From assembly GCF_900129635.1 (NCBI RefSeq), contig NZ_FSRB01000002.1:2894498-2934497 (forward strand): a stretch of 40,000 nt of DNA, in the 5' to 3' direction. A model generated the notes under the pieces. That model was not told where the DNA came from and did not search any database. It saw nothing but the letters and a program-made list of their open reading frames with translations. This document shows positions 8,783 to 17,257 of the stretch, piece after piece (positions within the stretch are counted from its first letter, which is position 1; each line of letters starts with the position of its first letter). A program made the position numbers and the translations under genes. This stretch comes from Singulisphaera sp. GP187 (GTDB lineage Bacteria; Planctomycetota; Planctomycetia; Isosphaerales; Isosphaeraceae).

Positions 8783-9217
8783 TCACCCCGAGCATGGTCC
8801 TGACATTCCATCAATGGCCTTGGAGAGACGATCCAGGGCGAGGACCACCCCCTCGGCTTCGGTCAGTAACCGTTGGGCCGCCTCTTTGGCGAGTTCCGCA
8901 ATGGACCGAGCGTCGTCGCCGGTTGAAGGGGCTTGGACTTCGTCCTTCCGTTTGGGCTGGAGGTGCGGGAAGAGTCCCTTGTAGCCTTCTCGAATCCGGT
9001 AGCTCTGGTTGAGGTCGTCGAAGTACCAGGGAACCCCAGCCGCCGACAAGGTTTGCAAGTCCCGGTAAACAGTCCGCTGGGAACATTCGAGTTCCGCGGC
9101 AATGCTCTCCGCGGTCCAGGGACCCGGACTCTGGATGAGTTGAAGGACACGAAGGACCCGTGCCAACCGATCGGTTTGGCGAACCCTCCGTTCGGCGTCT
9201 GTCCGTTTCTTGGCCAT
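8783..9217 (-). CDS. Stand-alone HTH (HTH_11-type) protein, paralogue of the N-terminus of the WYL regulator
   Basis: 'RLARVLRVLQLIQSPGPWTAESIAAELECSQRTVYRDLQTLSAAGVPWYF' aligns with residues of the 5473..6507 product. No WYL domain. The ATG at 9217 is preferred over the longer ORF. Confidence 0.8.
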   Translation of the reverse strand: MAKKRTDAERRVRQTDRLARVLRVLQLIQSPGPWTAESIAAELECSQRTVYRDLQTLSAAGVPWYFDDLNQSYRIREGYKGLFPHLQPKRKDEVQAPSTGDDARSIAELAKEAAQRLLTEAEGVVLALDRLSKAIDGMSGPCSG

Positions 9218-9302
9218 CTGATTGAGTGGTCCCCAAGGTGGCGGAAATCGGAGTTCCGCCAACTTGCAGGGGATGCTAGCCGATGGCTCTGCCAGCCCAG
9301 GG

Positions 9303-10187
9303 TCAGTTGACTGACAGGGTTTTTCGGGAGGGGTCGGGATTCCGGGCTCCGTCGAGCTCAATCGGGACCGATGGCTGGAACCCCGGAAGAGTCACGGTCG
9401 TCGCTGATGCAATCGGGTCCGGTCTCGATCTGCTGGGGAGATTGACCTGTTTGAATTCGAGGTAGTCGGTGAGATCCTCGACCACATGACGTTCAGCACG
9501 GGTCATCCATCGCGACTGTCGGCGGAGGAGGCTGATGATCTCTCTGTACCCGAGTTGGCCCACGAATGGGTTTCGGGGTAACCCGACCAGCCGGTCAAAG
9601 TGGGGGATCGCCGTTTGGAGGTGTCGAGGATCGCGGTAGCGATCCACAAGGGGATGGCCCGTTTGAGGAGAGAGAACCAGGACCACGAAGTCACGGGGGG
9701 ATTGGGCGAAGAGTTGATCGTCTGAGTCGAGGTAGCCTGCTTGATGCAGACCGACGCGGATATTACGGATCAACTGGTCACTGGGATAGCCGTTCTGACC
9801 GTCGTCACCCGAGACGTGGGTGGAGAGAGCCGCACCGTATTTCGCTTCGATGAAGACCGTGGTCGGCGGATTCTCCCAGGTCAGGACGGCATCAACCTGC
9901 GTGGAACCCTCGTCCCAGGGGAGAAGCTCCTTCGGATAGCAGGGCTGATTCTGCCAGAGCTGAATCTTGAACCGTCGAAAGACCTGGCGTCGAAACCGAG
10001 CTGTCCCGAGGGCCTCATTCAAGAAGTCGGGGAGCCACCAGCGGGCGTTCAAGTAGCTCAGGGCTTGGAAGATGTGCCCAGTGATCACGTCCTCGGACGT
10101 AGTTCGAACGATGAGGGGGCATCGGATCTCACCGGCCTTGGCGTGCGAACAGAGATTCCCTGCTTTGCCCTGAAGTTCCGTCAACAT
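9303..10187 (-). CDS. PD-(D/E)XK nuclease-fold protein
   Basis: 'SEDVITGHIFQALSYL' N-terminal motif and core 'QVDAVLTWE ... TVFIEAKY' (D ... E-x-K). A start at 10187 overlaps the upstream stop by 7 nt. Confidence 0.7.
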   Translation of the reverse strand: MLTELQGKAGNLCSHAKAGEIRCPLIVRTTSEDVITGHIFQALSYLNARWWLPDFLNEALGTARFRRQVFRRFKIQLWQNQPCYPKELLPWDEGSTQVDAVLTWENPPTTVFIEAKYGAALSTHVSGDDGQNGYPSDQLIRNIRVGLHQAGYLDSDDQLFAQSPRDFVVLVLSPQTGHPLVDRYRDPRHLQTAIPHFDRLVGLPRNPFVGQLGYREIISLLRRQSRWMTRAERHVVEDLTDYLEFKQVNLPSRSRPDPIASATTVTLPGFQPSVPIELDGARNPDPSRKTLSVN

Positions 10188-11023
10188 CCGACCACCTCCT
10201 TGACTCCAGGGTGGATGTTCACTTCTTGGCGTCTGTTTCCCGTCCATTCGCGGCAAGGGCGGTAAAAAGCACAGCCAGAGCAATTGAGAGGTGACTCCAC
10301 CGGGTAGAAAACTCCGGCTTCGACTCCCGTTTCCACGGCTCCAATCAGATCCCCGAGTCGTTGATAGTCCGTCGAAGTTCGGATGGCCTGGATCTTCTGA
10401 ACTTTCGGCGACCTGGTCTTCACCAGGACCGTGAATTCGACGGCTGGTTCTTCTCCGGTCATTTCGTAGAGGGCGTTGGCGTAGAACGTGGGCTGAAGGG
10501 ACGTGGCAACCTCGGATTCCGAGTAGGACCGACCCGAGGTCTTGAGTTCGCCAACCTGAAGCGAGTTGTCGTCCTGACGGGTGATCAGGTCCGCCACGAC
10601 CAGGATGGGTTTTTCGAGGTAGTCTCCCCGAGAATTTGCGATCGGGGCCAGCATTGGTTTCTCAATGGCCACGATGTTCGTCGGGGGCGGTTCTTTGAGG
10701 TAAACCTCCACCAAGGCCACTCCGAGACTGCGAGTGTCCTCCCGGGACTTGTCACCCGAGTGAACGACCTGCCCTCGAGCCTCCTGTTCGTCCCAGGCGG
10801 CGAGATAGGCCGCCTGGATTTGCTGAGCTTGAACGGGATCGCCGGATTGGATCGTTCGGTGATAATGGGCCAGGGCTGAGTGGAGGGCCGACCCAAGGAC
10901 CTGGGCGTCGGACAACGTCTTCCGAGGGAGTTTCTGGACCCGCTCGAAGTGATATTGGAGTGGACATTTGAGATACTGACTAACCGAGGAATAGGACCAG
11001 TGAGGCCTCGTCGTCTTGATCAT
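10181..11023 (-). CDS. Cas4/RecB-like PD-(D/E)XK exonuclease with 4-Cys cluster
   Basis: 'YLKCPLQYHF' (N-terminal Cys), 'VVADLITRQDD...LQVGELKTSG' (D...ExK), 'LQPTFYANAL' (QxxxY), 'CSGCAFYRPC' (CxxC-x5-C). GGAGG precedes the ATG at 11023. Confidence 0.85.
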   Translation of the reverse strand: MIKTTRPHWSYSSVSQYLKCPLQYHFERVQKLPRKTLSDAQVLGSALHSALAHYHRTIQSGDPVQAQQIQAAYLAAWDEQEARGQVVHSGDKSREDTRSLGVALVEVYLKEPPPTNIVAIEKPMLAPIANSRGDYLEKPILVVADLITRQDDNSLQVGELKTSGRSYSESEVATSLQPTFYANALYEMTGEEPAVEFTVLVKTRSPKVQKIQAIRTSTDYQRLGDLIGAVETGVEAGVFYPVESPLNCSGCAFYRPCREWTGNRRQEVNIHPGVKEVVGC

Positions 11024-11101
11024 GATTGCCTCCGGAAATGAGAACGGGGCGACGGGTTGGTCGTCCCCGTGCCCCTTGAGATGGAAGGGTCCGACTTCCG
11101 A

Positions 11102-11629
11102 TCAATGACGGTTGCGGTCGTTGACGGCCCCATTTCCACTGAGTTGGTCGATGATCCGTCCTGCCTCGGCCTTGGTCAGGTCGTAGGACGAGCAGCGTCG
11201 ACCGATGGCATCCTCGATGAAGAGTTCGAGCTTGGTGCCGAATAGTTTTTCCCGCTTGGCCAGGGTGGTGAGGTACTGGACCTGCTTGTTACTCGCCGGT
11301 TCCCCACGCTGGGGACTTCCGTTGCGGTGGCCGTTGGATGACGGGTTCTCGTCGGAGTCGTTCTGGTGGCGACCGTTGGACTTGCCGTTGTTCCCGTGGT
11401 CAGGCTGGGCGTCGGCATCCCGACGGGCGAAGGCGTCGATCTCCCGGGACTCGGAGATCTGGCGATCCAGGGCCTCTTCCGCCAGGTTGTAGAGCTCCTT
11501 GATCCGCTCGATCACGGACTCAGGGTCGTCGATAGTGGCATGAATCTCCCCCTCCAGGTTCAGCGTAAATCCTCGGGAGTTGTAGTCTTTGGACATCTTG
11601 CGACTGATCCCGACGTTGGCACGGAGCAT
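11102..11629 (-). CDS. Hypothetical protein with a low-complexity Asn/Gly/Ser-rich linker
   Basis: The protein-like sequence runs from 'MLRANVGISRK...' to the C-terminal 'KQVQYLTTLAKREKL...DLTKAEAGRIIDQL'. Start ambiguous (11629 or 11653). No function assignable. Confidence 0.55.
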   Translation of the reverse strand: MLRANVGISRKMSKDYNSRGFTLNLEGEIHATIDDPESVIERIKELYNLAEEALDRQISESREIDAFARRDADAQPDHGNNGKSNGRHQNDSDENPSSNGHRNGSPQRGEPASNKQVQYLTTLAKREKLFGTKLELFIEDAIGRRCSSYDLTKAEAGRIIDQLSGNGAVNDRNRH

Positions 11630-11884
11630 GGTAGGTCCTCTCTGGGTATCCATCTGAGCCAATCTCGGCGTCCTCCGTACCCACGAGGCGTGCAGCTTAC
11701 TCCGAGCCGACAGACCGGCGAAGTGGTCAACGCGAACCGGCTTCCCGTGATGGATCTTCAGGGATGCCTCGTTGTATGCCCTACCCGACGAGTGCAAGCT
11801 ATAAGGCCAAATTCTATATGGACCTTCCAAAAACGTTCTAAGCTACTAAAAGCAAAGTCTGGGCTGATACACCGGGGGACCGTC

Positions 11885-12238
11885 ATGTTCAGGTCGAAGC
11901 TGAAGGCGTTGAAGGTCAGCAAGGGTGTCTCGTGGGCTGAAATCTCTCAGAAGACGGGGATATCCCCGGGGACGTTGAGCCGTCTCTCCGCCGACAAGAG
12001 CTGGACGACCAACACGAGACACCTCGAGGCCCTCTGCCGGTATTTCCGCTGCAAGCTTGACGACCTACTGGAGTTTCACCCTAGGATCGGGAACGAGCCA
12101 TCCGTCCATATCGACGATCTCTATCCCTCCGGTCGCAGGAGGACCACCCGCCCCGTTGCCGCCCAAGTTGGGGGGACAAACGAGCGGACCCCACGGTCTA
12201 CGGCCCCTACTCGCCGACGTCGACGGCCGTCGTCCTGA
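11885..12238 (+). CDS. XRE/Cro-C1-type HTH transcriptional regulator
   Basis: 'KGVSWAEISQKTGISPGTLSRLSADK'. ATG at 11885. Divergent from the 11102..11629 gene across an AT-rich spacer (about 11800-11860). Confidence 0.85.
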   Translation: MFRSKLKALKVSKGVSWAEISQKTGISPGTLSRLSADKSWTTNTRHLEALCRYFRCKLDDLLEFHPRIGNEPSVHIDDLYPSGRRRTTRPVAAQVGGTNERTPRSTAPTRRRRRPSS

Positions 12239-12295
12239 ACGGCACATCCGGTCCCTCCAGTTGGGGTGTGAAGACAGGGAACGTAGGGCCAGATT

Positions 12296-14788
12296 ATGTG
12301 GCGACCGTTTTGCGAGGCTCGGGAGTATGTGCGGTCACTGAAGCTCCAGACCTCCGCCGAATATGGCGACTGGAGTGCGGCTGGTCATCGCCCTTCTGAT
12401 GTCCCGGCCTCTCCAAACAAGATTTACGAGGAGTGGGTCGGCTGGGCCGACTGGCTGGGTACGGGGGGGCCGCGTCCCAAGCGGTTGTCGAAGGCGACGG
12501 AACTGCTCCCGTTCGAGGAGGCCCGTGCTTTCGTCCAGGGCCTGAGCCTGTCGAGCCAGCGGGACTATTTCGAGTGGAGCAAGTCGGAGGAGCGGCCACC
12601 GAACATCCCATCCAATCCGCGGCAGGCGTACGGGGCCCAATGGACGAATTGGAAGGACTGGCTCGGGCTGCGGTTGGCTACCATCAGGCCATTCGCGGAA
12701 GCCCGGGAATTCGCTCGCTCCTTGGAACTCAGGACGCGACGCGACTGGGTCGAGTATTCCCAGCGTCCCGACTTCCCGAGGGACATCCCCGTCTATCCCG
12801 AGAGCTATTACACGCAGAAACTCTGGCAGGGATGGAGCGACTGGTTGGGCGTCTATCAGGAGTGGAACCATCTCTCGATCGCGTCGTTCCTCGATTCCTT
12901 GAAGCTCGTCGTCGAGGAATTGCAGGAGGTTGATCTGTATCTCATCCTCAGCCGCAACGGGATGTTGAAGCGGCGTTGGGACCTCAGCAACTCCCACCTC
13001 CTCCGGGGCCTCATCGGGGTACGCACGGCCGAAGAGGTCGAGAGGCTCAAGGGGAGCGTCGTCACTTCGGAGCGAAGGGGGGATGGGTCGGCCGAACAAG
13101 CCGGGGTTGGCCAAGTATCCGACGTCGTGGACGAATCAGACCTCGAGCTGGGGCGGAGAGCCCGGCTGGGCACTTTGAAGAACTTGGAGCAGCTCAGGTC
13201 TTTGGACCGGATCGCCGAGTTGCGGATCACGGACGACGCCGAGATCATCGAGTTCCTGATCGAGAATCGGGTGGCGGCTTTGTGGCAGGCCTTCTTCGAC
13301 GAGACTCCCGGCTTCACGGTCGAAGGGCTCCTCGGGGCGAAGTACGGCGATTATGCCGGTCGGGCCCGGGACCGCTTCCTGGAGGAGTATCGTTCCGTCA
13401 TCAGCTTACCCCTGCCCCCCGAGTACGCCTTCACAGTTCGGGGAGAGTGGACCGAACCCAACCTGATGCAGCGGTTAACAGCGTTGAGGCTCCTCCGTCT
13501 GCGACGGCTCGGCAATTGGTCCGGGGTGGGTGCCGGTAAGACCAATGCCGCCATCTTCGCCTCCGGCGTGATGAACGCCGGGCTGACCGTCGTGCTGGCA
13601 GCGAACGCCACGTTGGAGGGGTGGAAGACCGCCATCCTCGGGATGTTCCCAGACGCCCGAGTCCACGTGAAGGACCCCCTCTCATTTAGTCCGATGCCCG
13701 AGGGTCGCAACTTCCTGGTCCTGAACTACGAGTCGTTTCAGCAGGATTGGACCGAGAAGTTCGTCCCCAAATTGACTGATGGGCATCGGATCGATTTCCT
13801 CATTCTCGACGAGGTTCAGCTCGCCCGGCAGAGGATGGAGAGCCGGGAATCGTATCGGCGAGAAATGGTCGAGGAACTGGTCGTGAGGGCCACTACCCGG
13901 AACCCGGAAATCCGCGTCCTCGGGATGTCCGCCACTCCAGTCGTGAACAACCTGTACGAGGCGAAGAGGATGCTAGAATTGGTCCTCGGCCAGGATTTGA
14001 AGGACCTGCCGGTGTCGTCGAGTCTCGCGAATGCCATCAACGTCCACATGCTTCTGAAGCGGGTCGGGCTCCGCCACCGGCCCAATTATGAAATTCAGAC
14101 GGAGATCCAGACACCGTTCCTCGATGGTATGCACCTCCTCGACGAACTCCAACGGGTGGCAGCTGGGAACATCCTGGCCTTGGAGCAAGCGATCCTCGGC
14201 CCGAAACTTGCCTTCCTCTCGGATGTCGTGCGTCCCGGTACGATGATCTACACCCACTACGTGTCGAAGATCATTGACCGAATCGCCGAGGTCGTGGAGG
14301 GGAAGGGCCTGACCGTCGGCCGCTACACCGGCGACGACAAGACGGGATTGAGCGACTTCAAAGAACGCAAGGTCGACGTGCTGATCGGGTCGGCACCGAT
14401 TGGTACAGGAGTCGATGGTCTCCAACATGTTTGCGACCGTCTTGTCTTTATGTCACTCCCCTGGACTCATGCCGAATACGAGCAGATCATCGGCCGTATC
14501 AAGCGGAAGGGGTCGGTCTTCGACAAGATCGAGGTCCTGATCCCGATGGTCGCCCTGCGGGAGGACCACGCCGGGATCTGGTCGTGGGACGACTTGAGGA
14601 AACGCTGCATCGAATACAAGCGTACCTTGGCGGATGCCGCCCTCGATGGGACGATCCCGCTCGACAAGATCATGTCAAAGGAGGAGATGCATCGCCGTTC
14701 TATTGCGGCTCTCCACGAATGGATTGATCGAGTGAAGGGCCGCCCTCCATCCCCGGCGGAGCCCGCGAATCCGGTAGCCTCCGCCTGA
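12296..14788 (+). CDS. SF2 (SNF2/DEAD-like) helicase with three N-terminal W-rich tandem repeats
   Basis: Walker A 'GVGAGKT', motif II 'LILDEVQ', motif III 'MSATPV', motifs V/VI 'GTGVDGLQ' and 'QIIGRIKRKG'. Confidence 0.9.
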   Translation: MWRPFCEAREYVRSLKLQTSAEYGDWSAAGHRPSDVPASPNKIYEEWVGWADWLGTGGPRPKRLSKATELLPFEEARAFVQGLSLSSQRDYFEWSKSEERPPNIPSNPRQAYGAQWTNWKDWLGLRLATIRPFAEAREFARSLELRTRRDWVEYSQRPDFPRDIPVYPESYYTQKLWQGWSDWLGVYQEWNHLSIASFLDSLKLVVEELQEVDLYLILSRNGMLKRRWDLSNSHLLRGLIGVRTAEEVERLKGSVVTSERRGDGSAEQAGVGQVSDVVDESDLELGRRARLGTLKNLEQLRSLDRIAELRITDDAEIIEFLIENRVAALWQAFFDETPGFTVEGLLGAKYGDYAGRARDRFLEEYRSVISLPLPPEYAFTVRGEWTEPNLMQRLTALRLLRLRRLGNWSGVGAGKTNAAIFASGVMNAGLTVVLAANATLEGWKTAILGMFPDARVHVKDPLSFSPMPEGRNFLVLNYESFQQDWTEKFVPKLTDGHRIDFLILDEVQLARQRMESRESYRREMVEELVVRATTRNPEIRVLGMSATPVVNNLYEAKRMLELVLGQDLKDLPVSSSLANAINVHMLLKRVGLRHRPNYEIQTEIQTPFLDGMHLLDELQRVAAGNILALEQAILGPKLAFLSDVVRPGTMIYTHYVSKIIDRIAEVVEGKGLTVGRYTGDDKTGLSDFKERKVDVLIGSAPIGTGVDGLQHVCDRLVFMSLPWTHAEYEQIIGRIKRKGSVFDKIEVLIPMVALREDHAGIWSWDDLRKRCIEYKRTLADAALDGTIPLDKIMSKEEMHRRSIAALHEWIDRVKGRPPSPAEPANPVASA
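12305..12850 (+). repeat. Three tandem protein-level repeats (about 60-68 aa) each ending W-x-(G/N)-W-x-D-W-L-G
   Basis: 'PFCEAREYVRSL...EEWVGWADWLG', 'PFEEARAFVQGL...AQWTNWKDWLG', 'PFAEAREFARSL...KLWQGWSDWLG'. Confidence 0.85.
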
Positions 14789-14801
14789 GGAGGTGACAGG
14801 C

Positions 14802-15785
14802 TTAGTTGGTGGAGGCCATCTCGACGGCCAGCCCGAAGGCCCTCTCCTTGAGCCGGGCTCCGGTGCCGAACCAGGAGCTATCGAGGCGATTGGCGGCCCG
14901 GTCGAACTCCGACTTGGCACGGGTGGGGCGGTGATGGTCGACGTACTCGGTCAGTGCGTTGAACATGGCCCACGAGGTCAGCTTGATCTCGGGGATGTCC
15001 TGGCCCTTGCCGTTCTCGAACAGCCGGAACAACTCGTCCCGGACGTTCTGGGACCGGGCGGGATTGCCGTCCTCGGGGTCGGGGTAGAGGGCCTTGAAGT
15101 ATCCCGAGACCTGGGCGTAGGAAGGGTAGTGACGGGACATGAGGTCAAACTGGTTTTCCAGGTCGTCGAAGTAGCGGGCGGCGATGCCCAGGACTTCCCT
15201 TGCCTGCCTGATCTTGGAGGTCAGGTTGCCCTGATGGCGTATGGCAACCCCCTCCCCCCGCCCTTCGCGGTCCGCCATCGCCAATGTGTTGGAGCAGACG
15301 CAGCGAATGGAGGTGAAGAAGACCCGGAGGGCGGAGGAGCCGTCGTGGCTGTTGCTGAGGAGGAGGTACTTCTCGGAGACGTCGTCGGAAAACCGGATCC
15401 GCATCTGTCCGGGGAGTTTGGCCAATAGCCAGACCTTCTCACCCTTCCGGAGGGCTCCGGCGGTGTGATACCTCAAGGAACCGTCGGCCACGATGGTGTC
15501 GAGGAACGCAAAGGCTTCGCGGTTCTGGACTGGGACGTAGGTGTTTCCCACGACCCCGAGGATGTCGTCGGTGTCGGTACGCACGACCGCCCTGCGGCTG
15601 GTGACGTGGATGCCGTCGGTGGTGGTCAGGTTGGCGAGCGTGACGTCGTAGTCAAGACTGGCGGCCTGGATTGCTTCCCGTGCGGTGGCGGGGGCGTCGA
15701 GACGACAACCCAACCCATGCCACGGGACCTCGCCGACGTAGAACATCGCGGTGCGGCCGTTGACGGTGCAGAGCTCATGACCCAT
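14802..15785 (-). CDS. DUF932-family (phage/plasmid-like) protein
   Basis: 'LLLSNSHDGSSALRVFFTSIRCVCSNTL' is the signature I associate with DUF932. ATG at 15785 with GAGGA upstream. Convergent with the helicase across a 13-bp gap. Confidence 0.85.
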   Translation of the reverse strand: MGHELCTVNGRTAMFYVGEVPWHGLGCRLDAPATAREAIQAASLDYDVTLANLTTTDGIHVTSRRAVVRTDTDDILGVVGNTYVPVQNREAFAFLDTIVADGSLRYHTAGALRKGEKVWLLAKLPGQMRIRFSDDVSEKYLLLSNSHDGSSALRVFFTSIRCVCSNTLAMADREGRGEGVAIRHQGNLTSKIRQAREVLGIAARYFDDLENQFDLMSRHYPSYAQVSGYFKALYPDPEDGNPARSQNVRDELFRLFENGKGQDIPEIKLTSWAMFNALTEYVDHHRPTRAKSEFDRAANRLDSSWFGTGARLKERAFGLAVEMASTN

Positions 15786-15795
15786 AGCTGTCACT

Positions 15796-15853
15796 TCCTC
15801 TTGAGAGAATCGTGCCCCGAGGCGTGGGCCGGATCGTTCGTGCCTCAAGAGGA
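15796..15853 (-). promoter_or_regulatory. 10-bp perfect inverted repeat in the DUF932 5' leader whose 3' arm contains the Shine-Dalgarno sequence
   Basis: The minus-strand RNA would read UCCUCUUGAG-(38 nt)-CUCAAGAGGAAGUGACAGCUAUG. The arms are at 15844-15853 and 15796-15805. Confidence 0.45.
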
Positions 15854-16081
15854 CTACCCGAGCGACGAGAAGAGCACGCGGGTAACGCCAATGGGACTTC
15901 TCATGGGGAGCGAGATGGATCCGAACGTCGAGAGCTCGGATTCATTTCCGGACCCGGTCAAAGTTGTCTCGATGTTGAGCTTTTGAGATGAGGTGAATCC
16001 CGATGCGCTGATCCCACTCTGGACTCCGTTCAGGTTGTCGGGGTGGTTGGCATGGTGGGTCCGGAAGGTTTGGAGGGGCTG

Positions 16082-16945
16082 ATGATCGCGGATAACGAAG
16101 CCAATGTCGTCTATGTCGCCGACACTCTGGAGTGGAGATTCCCCTCTGTCTTTGAAGGGTTGAGAACCATTCTAGAAAAGCACGGCATCCCATTCCGGAC
16201 CATCCGGGGGACTCGTGACGTCTGGTGCCGTGATTACTTGCCGATTCAAGTAACCGAGGACCGCTTCGTCCAGTTCCGGTACTCCCCCGACTATCTGACT
16301 GGGAAATACAAACACCTTAGGGCCGACGGCGAGATCGGTCCGACGTTGCCGTTCATCAGAAACTGCGTCCGATCCGAGATCGTGCTGGATGGGGGGAATG
16401 TCGTCGGGCGGGGAGATCGGGCCATCGTGACGGACAAGGTTCTCTGCGAGAATCCTGGGCGACCGCGAAGCCAGCTCTTCCATGAATTAAAGGACGCCTT
16501 GAATCTGAGGGAGTTGATCGTCATCCCTCAGGAACCTCTTGACCCGATCGGCCACTCGGACGGGATGGTCCGATGGCTGGACGACCGAAGGGTCGTTGTG
16601 AACGACTACAGGGACATCGGCGAGCGGTTTCGGTCCAGGATGCTTCGATCCCTCGAACGCTTTCGACTCGAACCCATCGAGATTCCTTACTGCCCCCAAA
16701 ACGGCGGACGGGGGGGAATCTCGTCGGCCGTAGGCAACTGGGCGAACTTCCTCCACGTAGGTGGGCTGATCATCCTGCCCATCTTCGGATTGGAGGATGA
16801 CCAGACCGTCTTACAGAAGCTCCGGGAGCGATGCCCTCAAAATGCGATTGAGGGGGTAGTTTGTCGGGATTTGGCGGAGGAGGGAGGAGTCGTCAATTGC
16901 GTGACCTGGCAGGTGAACCGGGCTCCGGCGGGGCACGTGGGATAG
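16082..16945 (+). CDS. Agmatine deiminase/peptidyl-arginine deiminase (PAD_porph) family, guanidino-group-modifying enzyme fold
   Basis: 'VWCRDYLP', 'VLDGGNVV', 'DPIGHSDGMVRW', 'GNWANFLHVGGLIILPIFG' and the C-terminal catalytic Cys context 'EGGVVNCVTWQV'. ATG at 16082 preceded by GGAGGGG. Confidence 0.85.
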   Translation: MIADNEANVVYVADTLEWRFPSVFEGLRTILEKHGIPFRTIRGTRDVWCRDYLPIQVTEDRFVQFRYSPDYLTGKYKHLRADGEIGPTLPFIRNCVRSEIVLDGGNVVGRGDRAIVTDKVLCENPGRPRSQLFHELKDALNLRELIVIPQEPLDPIGHSDGMVRWLDDRRVVVNDYRDIGERFRSRMLRSLERFRLEPIEIPYCPQNGGRGGISSAVGNWANFLHVGGLIILPIFGLEDDQTVLQKLRERCPQNAIEGVVCRDLAEEGGVVNCVTWQVNRAPAGHVG

Positions 16946-16955
16946 GGTTCGCCCC

Positions 16956-16997
16956 GTCCATGACAGAACAGGAACCCCTGTCCTCGGACTTTTTTTT
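16956..16997 (+). terminator. Rho-independent terminator candidate (imperfect hairpin followed by T8)
   Basis: GTCC...ACAGG-aacc-CCTGT...GGAC followed by TTTTTTTT (16990-16997), 11 nt after the deiminase-like stop. Confidence 0.6.
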
Positions 16998-17257
16998 GAT
17001 CGGCCGTCGCTGAAGGGCGGGCGATTGTTCAGCCTCACCCGCCTCTGTACAATTGAGGCCTATGGACAAAAGAACCGTAAATGTTCTGGACCTCGTCAAC
17101 TCGGTGCTGAAAGGATCGTGATGCGTGTCCCGAAAACGCTTACCCAAGGCCCAAGCGATTGTCGATGAGATTCTTATTACCTGATTGCCGGCCGTCGACT
17201 TGTGAGACTTGAAGGCCGTCGGATCGCCGCGGAGACCCGGATAAGAGAGGAACATCC

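Noticed and set aside
16998-17257. Possible preQ1 riboswitch in the 260-nt leader upstream of queC.
   Set aside because: I could not find the short P1 hairpin followed by the A-rich tail/SD-pairing consensus of class I, nor anything resembling classes II/III. Only unspecific GC hairpins and a GGCCGTCG direct repeat are present. An Rfam covariance-model scan would be decisive.
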